Source: Promethearchaeota archaeon
GTDB taxonomy: Archaea > Asgardarchaeota > Lokiarchaeia > Sigyniarchaeales > SOKP01
DNA length: 36,387 nucleotides
Assembly: GCA_030612905.1 (NCBI GenBank)
Contig: JAUWNA010000001.1
Coordinates: 1 to 36,387 of the forward strand
Reading direction: 5' to 3'
Each line of letters starts with the position of its first letter. The first letter of the stretch is position 1. The position numbers and the translations under genes were made by a program. Shown here piece by piece: positions 8,747 through 17,907 of the stretch. The notes beneath the pieces were generated by a model. That model was not told the origin of the DNA and searched no databases. It saw only the letters and a program-made list of their open reading frames with translations.

Positions 8747-8780
8747 ATGTCCGACAAAAAATTATCGGGCATTTTTTTTT
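8747..8780 (+). terminator. Hairpin plus T9 tract downstream of the surface-protein gene
   Basis: ATGTCCGA (8747-8754) pairs with TCGGGCAT (8765-8772), with one G-U pair, and runs directly into T9 (8772-8780). Oligo-T is the archaeal termination signal. Confidence 0.4.
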
Positions 8781-8942
8781 AAGTTTTTTGAGAGTGGGTA
8801 TTGACATTGCGAGATGTGTTTGGTATTTCCAAAGAGAAAATAGTTTGATTAAATGTTAAATTATTATTTTAATAAGCAAAAACTACTACTCTGTATTTTA
8901 TTATATACAATAATTCTCTAATCTTTAATATAATTTTATCGG

Positions 8943-10157
8943 GTGTTCTTAATAACAGTAGACTACTTTGAAGATTTATTGAAAAAACCTTCATTATTCA
9001 AAGACGAGAGCAAACTTGATATTAATTTTATTCCAAAGAAGTTATTACATCGAGAAAAGGAATTGGCGCTATTATCTCAACTTTTTTTAGTGTTAATAAC
9101 AAAACCAAATTCTTTATCGCGTAAAATTTTAATTATAGGAAAAACGGGAATAGGAAAAACAGCAGCAATTAAAATGTTTGGAAAGATGATAACAAATGCC
9201 GCAGAAAAAAGATTAATATTAATCAAATATGTACATATAAATTGTAGGAAGGAAAGAACTAGTTACAAAGTTCTAATCAAAATCGTTCGCGCACTTAACA
9301 AAAATTTTCCAAAAAGAGGATATTCACCCCAAGATTTACTAGATATTATTGTAGACTCAATTAGTAACCAAAATTTACAACTTTTAATTGTATTAGATGA
9401 ATTAGGTTATTTAATAAATAAAGGTGGAGATCTGATATATGCTCTTACGAGAATTAACGATGATTCTTTTAACGCTCGACAACGCATTTCTATTATAGGA
9501 ATAGCGAGAGATATCTCGTGTTTAAGCAACTTAGATGTTAGTACTATGAGTACGCTTCAAAGGAACATAATTAAATTTGAAGATTACACAAAAGAGCAAT
9601 TGTATGACATTTTGAAATACAGAGCAAAGATAAGTTTAAAAGAAAATTCGATTTCTAACAATTTAATCAAAACTATTTCAGATTTGGTTTATCAAAGTGG
9701 AGATATTAGATATGGGTTAAATCTTTTATGGAAATCAAGTAAAATTGCTGAAAGTCAAGATTTAAAATATATTCCTATGGAATGCGTACGTCTTGGAAGC
9801 CAAGATATAGTTCCCTTTTCTACTCTAGATGTTTTAAAATATATGACATTACAGAAAGTAATTTTCTTATTAGGAATTATAAAAGCTTTAGAGAAAAGTG
9901 GAAAGATTCAAATTTCTTTATTAGTAATTACAAATTCATATTTGATTTTATGCGAAAATTTAGGAATTCAACCACGGTCATATTCACAATTATGGAATTA
10001 TCTTCAAGATTTTAAAAGAGAGAATTTAATTACTGTGGAGATCAAAAGTGAAGCCATAAAGGGTCGAAGGGCTTTAGTTGCAGTTCAAGAGATTTCGCTT
10101 TCAAAATTTGAAGAGATAATCATAAACATTTTACAATCTAAGGGGATTAAGATTTGA
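8943..10157 (+). CDS. cdc6: Orc1/Cdc6 replication initiator
   Basis: LLHREKELALLSQLF, Walker A IIGKTGIGKTAAIKMF, Walker B LLIVLDELGYL, and a C-terminal winged-helix region. GTG start. Confidence 0.9.
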   Translation: MFLITVDYFEDLLKKPSLFKDESKLDINFIPKKLLHREKELALLSQLFLVLITKPNSLSRKILIIGKTGIGKTAAIKMFGKMITNAAEKRLILIKYVHINCRKERTSYKVLIKIVRALNKNFPKRGYSPQDLLDIIVDSISNQNLQLLIVLDELGYLINKGGDLIYALTRINDDSFNARQRISIIGIARDISCLSNLDVSTMSTLQRNIIKFEDYTKEQLYDILKYRAKISLKENSISNNLIKTISDLVYQSGDIRYGLNLLWKSSKIAESQDLKYIPMECVRLGSQDIVPFSTLDVLKYMTLQKVIFLLGIIKALEKSGKIQISLLVITNSYLILCENLGIQPRSYSQLWNYLQDFKRENLITVEIKSEAIKGRRALVAVQEISLSKFEEIIINILQSKGIKI

Positions 10158-10438
10158 TAGTTAAAGAAAATTATAATATAGAGAATATATTGGGTTCAAA
10201 AGCGAGAATAAAAATTTTAAAAATACTTGCTATAAACCATGAATTATCAATATCTCAAATTATAAAAAAATCAAGACTAAATCACACAAGCGTTAAATCT
10301 CATCTAAATCATTTAAAATCCTTAAATCTAATTCAAGAAAAAGTATTTGGACGGATTAAAATCTATCGATATAAAACTGAAAACATTCGCGCTAAGAGTT
10401 TAAAGAAATTTATAGAAATTTGGGAAGGAGAATTATGA
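10154..10438 (+). CDS. ArsR-type winged-helix transcriptional regulator, 94 aa
   Basis: LGSKARIKILKILAINHELSISQIIKKSRLNHTSVKSHLNHLKSLNLIQEKVFGRIKIYRY. TTG start overlaps the cdc6 stop by 4 nt, so the two genes look co-transcribed. Confidence 0.75.
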   Translation: MIVKENYNIENILGSKARIKILKILAINHELSISQIIKKSRLNHTSVKSHLNHLKSLNLIQEKVFGRIKIYRYKTENIRAKSLKKFIEIWEGEL

Positions 10439-10455
10439 ACAAATGATTTTAAATG

Positions 10456-10470
10456 TTTTTTTTTTTTTTT
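10456..10470 (+). repeat. T15 homopolymer between the ArsR stop and the prepilin peptidase ORF
   Basis: Fifteen consecutive T directly after ATG 10453-10455. May act as an oligo-T terminator for cdc6-arsR. It also sets the reading frame between the upstream ATGs and the peptidase ORF. Confidence 0.9.
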
Positions 10471-10498
10471 CTATTCAAATATAGTTTTATTTTATTGT

Positions 10499-11104
10499 TT
10501 GTATCGAGATATCAGGTTTAGAATTATACCCAATAAAGTTCTTTCGGGGGGTTTTTTAATAGGTAGCTTCTTAATTTTTATTGAATTTTTACATTTTTAT
10601 AATAATATAATAATTTTTATAATAGTAAAGATATCGTTTCTTTTTTTAGCGTTTTTTTTATCATTTATATTATTTTGTTTGAAGATAATAGGAGGGAGTG
10701 ATGGTAAGTTATTAACAATGCTGTTTCTATTTAATCCAATATATCTTTTGAATTTTCAATGGTTATTTTTATTTTTTTCCATTTTTTTATTATTATATTT
10801 AATAATGGGAATAATTAGTTATCTAATTACACACAATTTAACAAATATGAATGCCTATGAGATGTTTTTTAGTGAAAATGAAAATTTCTCAAAAACACAA
10901 AAAATATTTATTGAAATATTTTATAAATTTATAGATTTTTCACAACTCAATAGATCCACTGGCGAAAAATATCTCTTAAAATCATTAATTCTATTTTATA
11001 ATAACAAAACAGAAAGATTTCAATTTTTAACTCAATACAGACCTCCAATCGTTATCCTTATTTTTTTTGTATATAATTTTTTAATATTCAATTATCTTTG
11101 TTGA
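10499..11104 (+). CDS. A24-family aspartic prepilin/preflagellin peptidase (FlaK/PibD-like)
   Basis: First catalytic motif YRDIRFRIIPN and second motif IIGGSDGKLL lie 64 residues apart, close to the spacing I recall for FlaK and PibD. Polytopic membrane protein. With the TTG start at 10499 the usual first TM helix is missing. Confidence 0.75.
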   Translation: MYRDIRFRIIPNKVLSGGFLIGSFLIFIEFLHFYNNIIIFIIVKISFLFLAFFLSFILFCLKIIGGSDGKLLTMLFLFNPIYLLNFQWLFLFFSIFLLLYLIMGIISYLITHNLTNMNAYEMFFSENENFSKTQKIFIEIFYKFIDFSQLNRSTGEKYLLKSLILFYNNKTERFQFLTQYRPPIVILIFFVYNFLIFNYLC

Positions 11105-11227
11105 GTAGTTTGAAAAAAAGTGAGTTCACTTTTTTAGCATGATATAAAAAATATAAAGAAAATTTTAAATTAGTTAATTTTTATTAAATTATTGAATTTT
11201 AATTATCTTATGAGTGTAATTTAAAGA

Positions 11228-11614
11228 ATGGAAATTGAAAAAACTAGAGAAACATCGTGGAAAATTCAGCTAAAAAATAAAAATGAAAGTATAGAATTAA
11301 CTTCAGTAGAAATTAGTGGTGAAGTTCGGATAATTAAACTTACTTTATTAAAAAATAGTGAGTCTATAATCGTAGAAATGGCTAAAGAAGAATTTTTTAA
11401 TTTTCTATCCTTAATCACTGCTTTTAAAGATGTTGTAATTGGCGAAGATCAAATTTTTCTAACAGAAAGTTTAATTTCGAACGAGATTGACTCCCAACAA
11501 CATGTAGTCGAGGAAAATAATGATTATCTTAAAATACAAGCTAAAGCAACTGAGGAAAATATTGGAAATAATGAAGGTGAAGAACTTAACCCTGAAGAAT
11601 GGGATCCTTGGTAA
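11228..11614 (+). CDS. Hypothetical protein with acidic C-terminal tail ending EEWDPW, 128 aa
   Basis: ORF only. The N-terminal ~75 aa look beta-rich followed by a helix. The C-terminal ~50 aa are acidic and low-complexity. Confidence 0.55.
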   Translation: MEIEKTRETSWKIQLKNKNESIELTSVEISGEVRIIKLTLLKNSESIIVEMAKEEFFNFLSLITAFKDVVIGEDQIFLTESLISNEIDSQQHVVEENNDYLKIQAKATEENIGNNEGEELNPEEWDPW

Positions 11615-11623
11615 ATTATAGCT

Positions 11624-12124
11624 TTAAATACTTTTCTCAATTCTAAATTCACATGAACCAAAACTAGGATTTTCTATACAACAATTATTTTCTATAACAT
11701 TTACTCTGTAAAGAGCATATTCGCCAAATCCAGCTAATAATCCTGTTATATAATAACAGATATATTTTGATTTGCTATCTAAATCATTAGAAATATTATG
11801 ATGTAGCTCAATTACAATTAAATTATCTGAAATCTTTTTGGGTGTAAAACGACCCCAACCATGATTGCTTAATATACTACTAAATTGATTGACCAGATCA
11901 TTTAATGTTTTAGATTTTAAATTATCATCCCACTTTTGAACCAATGCCCAACCAACTTTTTTACCTAACCACACTAATAAAGATTTTACACCTTCTCCAT
12001 AAATTGATGATAAAATATTAATGATTTGTGGAGGGAAAAATACAAACCGTTCATTAAATAGGTCGTATTTCCCATTACTATACTTTAATCCCTTCAATTT
12101 TAGATTTCTCATAATTTTAATCAA
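11624..12124 (-). CDS. V4R (4-vinyl reductase) domain protein, 166 aa
   Basis: GEGVKSLLVWLGKKVGWALV...GWGRFT...CYYITGLLAGFGEYA...ENNCCIENPSFGSCEFRI matches the V4R pattern, including the C-terminal Cys cluster. Confidence 0.7.
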   Translation of the reverse strand: MIKIMRNLKLKGLKYSNGKYDLFNERFVFFPPQIINILSSIYGEGVKSLLVWLGKKVGWALVQKWDDNLKSKTLNDLVNQFSSILSNHGWGRFTPKKISDNLIVIELHHNISNDLDSKSKYICYYITGLLAGFGEYALYRVNVIENNCCIENPSFGSCEFRIEKSI

Positions 12125-12262
12125 CCCATTTTCATATAATTCTATGATAATTTAATTTAAAAATATTTATTGGTGTTATAATATATTATAAAATTCTTCC
12201 TAATTCTCTATTTTTATTTATAATAATCTTAGAAATTTAAATAGTTTTTTCTTTAATAAATA

Positions 12263-12565
12263 ATGTACATGTCAGAGTTAAATTTAATTCTATTTGAATT
12301 CTATTCGTTATTAGTATTTTTTATTTTTATTTTTGCGTTTTCTGTTATATCTGCTGAGCCTATTGCAATTTTTATTTCTATAGTCTTGTTTTTTATTTTT
12401 TTGGTGCCATTTTTTCAAATTTTAAATGAAATAGAGGTTTTTGCTTTTAGTGAAGGATTTGAAACTGTGTTCTTTAAAACCGTAGTATCTTATTCTAAAT
12501 TACTAGTTATTTTTATTGGGATTTTTTTGTTTATAGAATTAATTTATGTTTTTTTATTTAGTTAG
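12263..12565 (+). CDS. Small hydrophobic membrane protein, 100 aa
   Basis: Three or four predicted TM segments. No family recognised. Confidence 0.45.
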   Translation: MYMSELNLILFEFYSLLVFFIFIFAFSVISAEPIAIFISIVLFFIFLVPFFQILNEIEVFAFSEGFETVFFKTVVSYSKLLVIFIGIFLFIELIYVFLFS

Positions 12566-12583
12566 GAATTCTTCAATTCTTTC

Positions 12584-14122
12584 TTAAATATAATTTAATA
12601 TATTTATACATGAGAAGAAAAATGCTAATATATATAATGTATTAGAAACAACCAATAAAATTCCCCTTCTTTCATAGTTTATTATTCTTAAAAAATAATA
12701 GGAGGATATATAAACGCAAAAGAACAGGGAGAAGAATAAAATAATAACATCATAGGTAAATATTAAATCGAATAAAGAAGTTAAGTTGAAACCAAAATTA
12801 AAAGTAACATTGCTAATCACAAAATTAAATAGGGGAACTAACCCCCCAATTCCTCCAATAATTATAGGTAACAATAATAAAAACAATAGAACTTTAAATC
12901 TTTCTCCCCGTATTATTACTTCTAACCGATTTTCGAGTTTTTGGTGATTTGATATTACATTTATGATATCTGTTATCTTTTCATGAGAGAGATAAGCATT
13001 TTCGGCAACTATCTTCCCTATAACATCCAATATTAATTTAAATCGTATCGATTTTAATTCAAAATGTAGATTTTCCAGTATTTCGTCAAATGAGCAAGAG
13101 AAGTTTAAAAGTTTGGAAATTTGTGTTTTTAATGGTTTTTCTAATAAATTAAATTGTCGTTTATTTTGGGAATATGATTTAATAAATGCTATTTCAGGGG
13201 ATATATTTCTTTTTAAATTCATAGTAAAACTGATAAGGAAGGAAATAAATTCATCAAATTGTGTTTTCTCCTTCTTTGAGTAATTGTTTATTAATCCTAA
13301 TAAAAAAAAGTCATTTTTTAAAAATTTTTTAGTTAGAAATTTTAAAGATAGGAAAAAAAGCGGTAAAATAGAAATTAATAAAAAATAATTAATTCTTTGA
13401 AATAAGATTAAAAAACATAAACCTAAAGGGAAAAATAAGCCAATAAAGAATAGGACAGTTAATTTAGATTCAATTTCTCTCAGATATGTTCTAAATTGCT
13501 TTTCTAATGAATTTTCACTAAAACCGTTCCTAATGTTATTATGACTGAAATTTGATAATAGCAAGCTCTTTAAATATGAATTAAAATCTTCTGAGGGTGT
13601 AATCAGCTCAGATAACAAGGCCTCTGGATTTTGACCCAGTTGAATTTTACTTAATATTTCTCCAAAGTCTTTTGATATTGGAAGTTTATACTCTTTAATT
13701 AACTTAATAAAATTGATGGAATAATCTGCGTTTTCTCCTAATGATTTCTGAATTAAGGAAAAATAAATCTTAACAAGATACAATAAGGCATTTATTTGCT
13801 TCTCTTTTTGTTTAATATCTTTATAAAACCTAATATTAAAAGTATAAGAAAAAATTAATGCTAAGAGAAATGAATAAATTATTATTATTATTAGACTAAA
13901 ATTTGTGATAATTATTGAAGTAATAAAGAGAACAATAAAAGATATTAGAAATATTAAAAAACTAGCTTTATTAATATCATTTTCGTCAATTTTATATTCT
14001 TTTTTGTATATTAATTTATACCTAACATCCAATTCTTTGAACTTTATACAAGGGATGTTATAAGGATGAATTATCTGACAGAATCTGATTAATTTATCGT
14101 TTAATACCATAGAATCAGTCAT
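12584..14122 (-). CDS. Polytopic membrane protein, probable type IV pilus platform (FlaJ/TadC/PilC-like), 512 aa
   Basis: TM clusters alternate with two helical soluble regions, the two-repeat layout of T2SS-F proteins. Last gene of an operon headed by the secretion ATPase, with gaps of 16 and 9 nt. Assignment rests mostly on context. Confidence 0.6.
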   Translation of the reverse strand: MTDSMVLNDKLIRFCQIIHPYNIPCIKFKELDVRYKLIYKKEYKIDENDINKASFLIFLISFIVLFITSIIITNFSLIIIIIYSFLLALIFSYTFNIRFYKDIKQKEKQINALLYLVKIYFSLIQKSLGENADYSINFIKLIKEYKLPISKDFGEILSKIQLGQNPEALLSELITPSEDFNSYLKSLLLSNFSHNNIRNGFSENSLEKQFRTYLREIESKLTVLFFIGLFFPLGLCFLILFQRINYFLLISILPLFFLSLKFLTKKFLKNDFFLLGLINNYSKKEKTQFDEFISFLISFTMNLKRNISPEIAFIKSYSQNKRQFNLLEKPLKTQISKLLNFSCSFDEILENLHFELKSIRFKLILDVIGKIVAENAYLSHEKITDIINVISNHQKLENRLEVIIRGERFKVLLFLLLLPIIIGGIGGLVPLFNFVISNVTFNFGFNLTSLFDLIFTYDVIILFFSLFFCVYISSYYFLRIINYERRGILLVVSNTLYILAFFFSCINILNYI

Positions 14123-14131
14123 GTTTTAAAA

Positions 14132-14545
14132 TTAATTAAAATATACTGCAATAAGATTTTGAAAACACGAAACATTTAATAAAAAAGTCGTTGAAGATAA
14201 ATTTCTGTAAAAAAGATTGATGAAAGGTTTATTATATTCATAAATTTTATAGTCTAATTTATTTTCAATTAAAAAATCGTATTTAACATAAAAATCATTA
14301 AATGTAACATTCAAATTTTTAGGGTAATCAATTTCTCTTAAATAAATCGCATCTGGATTCTCAACAATGAATTTGACAGCTATATCTACCTCATTAAAGA
14401 AATCTTCATAGGCTATTATGTCATTTTCTATCGTTCCATTAAATTCAGAAATTTGTATAATAAATGGATTAATCATTGATAGAAAAATTGTTAAAACAAA
14501 AATTCCAAAACCCGTTAATAATGCCTTTTCTAACAGATTTGTCAT
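14132..14545 (-). CDS. N-terminally anchored hypothetical protein in the pilus operon (possible pilin-like or accessory protein), 137 aa
   Basis: MTNLLEKALLTGFGIFVLTIFLSMI: a K-A-L-L site followed by a hydrophobic helix loosely fits a class III signal. Tightly packed between the ATPase and platform genes. Confidence 0.5.
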   Translation of the reverse strand: MTNLLEKALLTGFGIFVLTIFLSMINPFIIQISEFNGTIENDIIAYEDFFNEVDIAVKFIVENPDAIYLREIDYPKNLNVTFNDFYVKYDFLIENKLDYKIYEYNKPFINLFYRNLSSTTFLLNVSCFQNLIAVYFN

Positions 14546-14561
14546 ATATGATTTTAATAAT

Positions 14562-16748
14562 TTATGAATTTAAACTACATGAGTTTTTCCAATTTTCCCA
14601 AAATAAGCAAAGATTCTCTAGATTATCAGAAGAATAAAAAGAAACTTGATCAAAAAACTTTATTAATTCATTAATTGATAACCTATCAATTTTTTGAAGA
14701 GTGTTAAACATGTCTTTATAAAGATTAAATAATACTTGAAATTTTTCTTTACCTATATCTTCGTATTTTCTTAGCTTACAGATAATGTTTGAATTAAATA
14801 AACTTATTAGATTTGCCCAGTTTTTTTTTTGAGGATTAAATTTGAAAAGGGTTTGATAAATATCTTTCTTATCTTCAATATTATGATTTATTTCCAAAAT
14901 TGAATCAATAAATCTTTTTTCCCGATTTTTTTTCATGAAAACTATAAGCCCTAAATCTCTTAAACATGAAATATGAATTTTAAAATGATGAAGTATTCTA
15001 TTTATAAAAGAATCGATGTCGTTAGAATGAATTGTTTGAAACCCTTTCAACCCCGCAGCTAAACAGTGAAACATTGCATCCGCTTCCTCTCTTGTTAAAA
15101 TTTCGCCTAAATAAATGATATCAGGCGTACGATGTAATAAATTCCTAATTTGATTTTGTTTTGAAAGTTTATGGTTTAATCCAACTTGGAGTGAATCAAC
15201 TTTATATTTTAATTGATGTCTTTCGTATTTTGATTGGTTTATTGATTCAATTACATTTTCTACATATATCTTTCGAAATTCTTTTGGTGTTAATAAATCT
15301 AATGCGTTTATTAATGTTGTTTTTCCAGTGTCAGTTTCACCAGTAACCGTGATATTCACTCTCCTTATAAGCGATAAATATAAAAATGCGGCTATTGCGG
15401 GATTAAGGGTTCTGTTTTTCAGTAAATCTTGAATAGTTAATATGTTTTTATTTAACTTTCTTATATCTAACGCGAAATTATTTAACTGAATAGGTTCAAC
15501 ATCGATCGCAAACCTGCAATAAAAATATTTATTCTTTATTACTACTTTAATACTTGGATTGGAATAGTCAAGTCTCTTTCCACTATATATTCTTAAAAAT
15601 GTTTTTAACCGCTCAATTTCCTTTAATTCAAATTTAATATCCGTTCTACAACGTCCAAATTTTTGATGATTTATGTATATCTTGTCATTTGGAGAATCTA
15701 AAAAAATTTCTTCTATAAAATCATCAATTAATAGAGGAAAAATCTTTTCTAGATTTAATTTACATAATGCAGCGATATATGCAATTCTTTCCTTTTCAAT
15801 TAGTGGAAACTTATATTTTGAATCTAAATAAATTAAAGCTTCTTTTTTATATATACTTATTAAATTTTCTAACGGAGCAATTTTATTAGTATTGAGGAGT
15901 TTTAAGTTGTTTTTAGCATCTTGTACAACCTTTTTAAAATAGTTTTCATCAACTACGGATTCAAATGAATATTGTACAGTATATTTTTTTTCATATTCAT
16001 TAGCAATATTATATATAGAAATTTGAAATATTTGATTATCTCCCATTTTATATTTTTCAAATAAATCACCAGTAGAAACTATTATAGCTTTATTAAAACT
16101 TTTTTTTTCCTCAAAAGATAACGATTTTTTGAAAAAGAATTCTTCGTAAAATTTGTTTAAATCTTTGGAATTGCTATTACTTTTAAGAAATATTTTATAA
16201 CTTTGAATGATTTTCAGTTCATTTAGGGTATTGGAGAGAGCTTCCAGTAAAATTAAAACTTTTTTAGAGCAATTTTGACACTCTATATTAAAATATTCGT
16301 TATCTTTAAGTTCATTAATTTTTTCAGAAATAAAATTGTAAACATAAAGTGGATTTAAGATAAGATCATTCCTAAAGGAGGGAAACTTATCTGGTAAAGC
16401 TGTGATTTTGCAATTAAATTCTTGATACATGCATTTCTTTTTTCCTATACTCTCAATTTTTCTCCAAATTTTTTTAATATAGCTAATTCTTTTAAAATAA
16501 TTTAAAAATAATGAAATTTGATCTTGTTCGATTAATGGATCATGGGTTTTTGTTGTTAAATTTTTAAATACATTTTTTCTATTTAAATATAAATTTTTTA
16601 GAACACATAATAGACATTCTCCATTTTGAAATAAATTCTCTAGTGATCCTGAACACTCAGAGCAATCAATAACTAAAGTTTTCTCTTCTTTACTGCTTAA
16701 AGTCTCTTTTACTTGTATATGACCTAAATTTTCAAATTTTAATGTCAT
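14562..16748 (-). CDS. Type II/IV secretion-family ATPase (PilB/FlaI/TadA-like) with a long Cys-rich N-terminal extension, 728 aa
   Basis: Walker A ITVTGETDTGKTTLINAL, Walker B region PDIIYLGEILTREEA, His-box region AAGLKGFQTIHSND. The N-terminal ~440 aa are unrecognised and contain CSECSG...ECLLC and IECQNCS motifs. Confidence 0.85.
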   Translation of the reverse strand: MTLKFENLGHIQVKETLSSKEEKTLVIDCSECSGSLENLFQNGECLLCVLKNLYLNRKNVFKNLTTKTHDPLIEQDQISLFLNYFKRISYIKKIWRKIESIGKKKCMYQEFNCKITALPDKFPSFRNDLILNPLYVYNFISEKINELKDNEYFNIECQNCSKKVLILLEALSNTLNELKIIQSYKIFLKSNSNSKDLNKFYEEFFFKKSLSFEEKKSFNKAIIVSTGDLFEKYKMGDNQIFQISIYNIANEYEKKYTVQYSFESVVDENYFKKVVQDAKNNLKLLNTNKIAPLENLISIYKKEALIYLDSKYKFPLIEKERIAYIAALCKLNLEKIFPLLIDDFIEEIFLDSPNDKIYINHQKFGRCRTDIKFELKEIERLKTFLRIYSGKRLDYSNPSIKVVIKNKYFYCRFAIDVEPIQLNNFALDIRKLNKNILTIQDLLKNRTLNPAIAAFLYLSLIRRVNITVTGETDTGKTTLINALDLLTPKEFRKIYVENVIESINQSKYERHQLKYKVDSLQVGLNHKLSKQNQIRNLLHRTPDIIYLGEILTREEADAMFHCLAAGLKGFQTIHSNDIDSFINRILHHFKIHISCLRDLGLIVFMKKNREKRFIDSILEINHNIEDKKDIYQTLFKFNPQKKNWANLISLFNSNIICKLRKYEDIGKEKFQVLFNLYKDMFNTLQKIDRLSINELIKFFDQVSFYSSDNLENLCLFWENWKNSCSLNS

Positions 16749-16880
16749 CTATCTATATTTTTTATAACATAAATTTAAAAAGCCCTTTTTTTTATTTTAT
16801 TGAATTTAAATGTTATGAGTGAATGTAAAACTTTTTTTATTTTAAATAATTTAGAGTTTTAAAGTCATAAGTGATTACAT

Positions 16881-17900
16881 ATGGGTCACCGCAAAAAACA
16901 TGCTCCAAGACACGGTTCATTAGCGTTTCTTCCTAGAAAAAGAGCCACATCTGCTAAAGGTAGGGTAAGACACTGGTTAGATACACCCGAAAATGTTAAT
17001 TTTTTAGGGTTTGCTGGTTTCAAAGCAGGTATGACTCATATTACATATATAGAAGATCAAAAAAATAGTCCTTATTATGGAAAAGAATTGATGAAACCTG
17101 TTACTGTTATTGAAGTTCCTCCCTTAATCCTCATTGGAATTAGAGTTTATAATGAAGATGAGTATGGAAAATATATAGAGGGAGATATTTTTTCTACTGA
17201 AGTAAATAATTATCTTAATCGCAAAATTAACATTCCGAATTTCGAAAAATACAATTATGATGAAATAATAAAAAAACTCTCTAAAGCCTTAAATAACACA
17301 AGTGATATTAGAGGGATTTTTCAAACTCAACCGCATCTTACATCTTTACCAAGAAAAAAGCCAGATATTATTGAAATTAAGTTGAACGCTACTGGATCCC
17401 CAATAGATGAATTTAATTATGCTTTAGAACATTTAGGTAAAGAAATTAAGGCGCGGGATGTTTTAATTGAAGGCGAATTAATTGATATATTAGCCGTAAC
17501 AAAAGGAAAAGGATTTCAAGGACCCGTTAAAAGATATGGCGTGAAAATCCTAACCCGAAAAAATAGTAAAGCTAGAAGAATTGTAGCGTGTATAGGTCCT
17601 TGGCATCCAGCGCGAGTTCTTTATACAGTCCCACGGCCCGGACAAATGGGATATCATCAAAGAACGGAATATCATAAACGAATTATGGTCATTGGAGAGA
17701 ATGAAGAAGAAATAAACCCTAAGGGCGGTTTTATTAGATATGGCAAAGTTAACGGAGATTATCTTCTTGTGTTAGGGTCCATACCGGGACCAAAAAATCG
17801 GTTAATTAGAATAAGAAAAACAATAAGACCAGTAAAGTCGTTTATGGTTAAATCACCAGAAATAACATTTATTAGTAGAGAAAGTCAACAAAGAAAATAG
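16881..17900 (+). CDS. rpl3: 50S ribosomal protein uL3
   Basis: MGHRKKHAPRHGSLAFLPRKRA...GFKAGMTH...TKGKGFQGPVKRYGV. GTGAT Shine-Dalgarno-like motif at 16871-16875. Confidence 0.95.
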   Translation: MGHRKKHAPRHGSLAFLPRKRATSAKGRVRHWLDTPENVNFLGFAGFKAGMTHITYIEDQKNSPYYGKELMKPVTVIEVPPLILIGIRVYNEDEYGKYIEGDIFSTEVNNYLNRKINIPNFEKYNYDEIIKKLSKALNNTSDIRGIFQTQPHLTSLPRKKPDIIEIKLNATGSPIDEFNYALEHLGKEIKARDVLIEGELIDILAVTKGKGFQGPVKRYGVKILTRKNSKARRIVACIGPWHPARVLYTVPRPGQMGYHQRTEYHKRIMVIGENEEEINPKGGFIRYGKVNGDYLLVLGSIPGPKNRLIRIRKTIRPVKSFMVKSPEITFISRESQQRK

Positions 17901-17907
17901 TGATTTT

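Noticed and set aside
8681-8942. Possible replication origin (ORB repeats plus an unwinding element) upstream of orc1/cdc6
   Set aside because: Origins often sit next to cdc6, but I found only one weak ORB-like element (TTTCCAAAGAGAAA near 8826-8839) and an 8-bp TCTATAGA palindrome. I found no repeated inverted ORB copies. The question needs genome-wide skew analysis and ORB motif searches.
9782-10015. 77-aa plus-strand ORF inside cdc6
   Set aside because: An alternative frame of the Orc1/Cdc6 gene. No support.
15161-15346. 61-aa plus-strand ORF
   Set aside because: Antisense to the secretion ATPase around its Walker A region.
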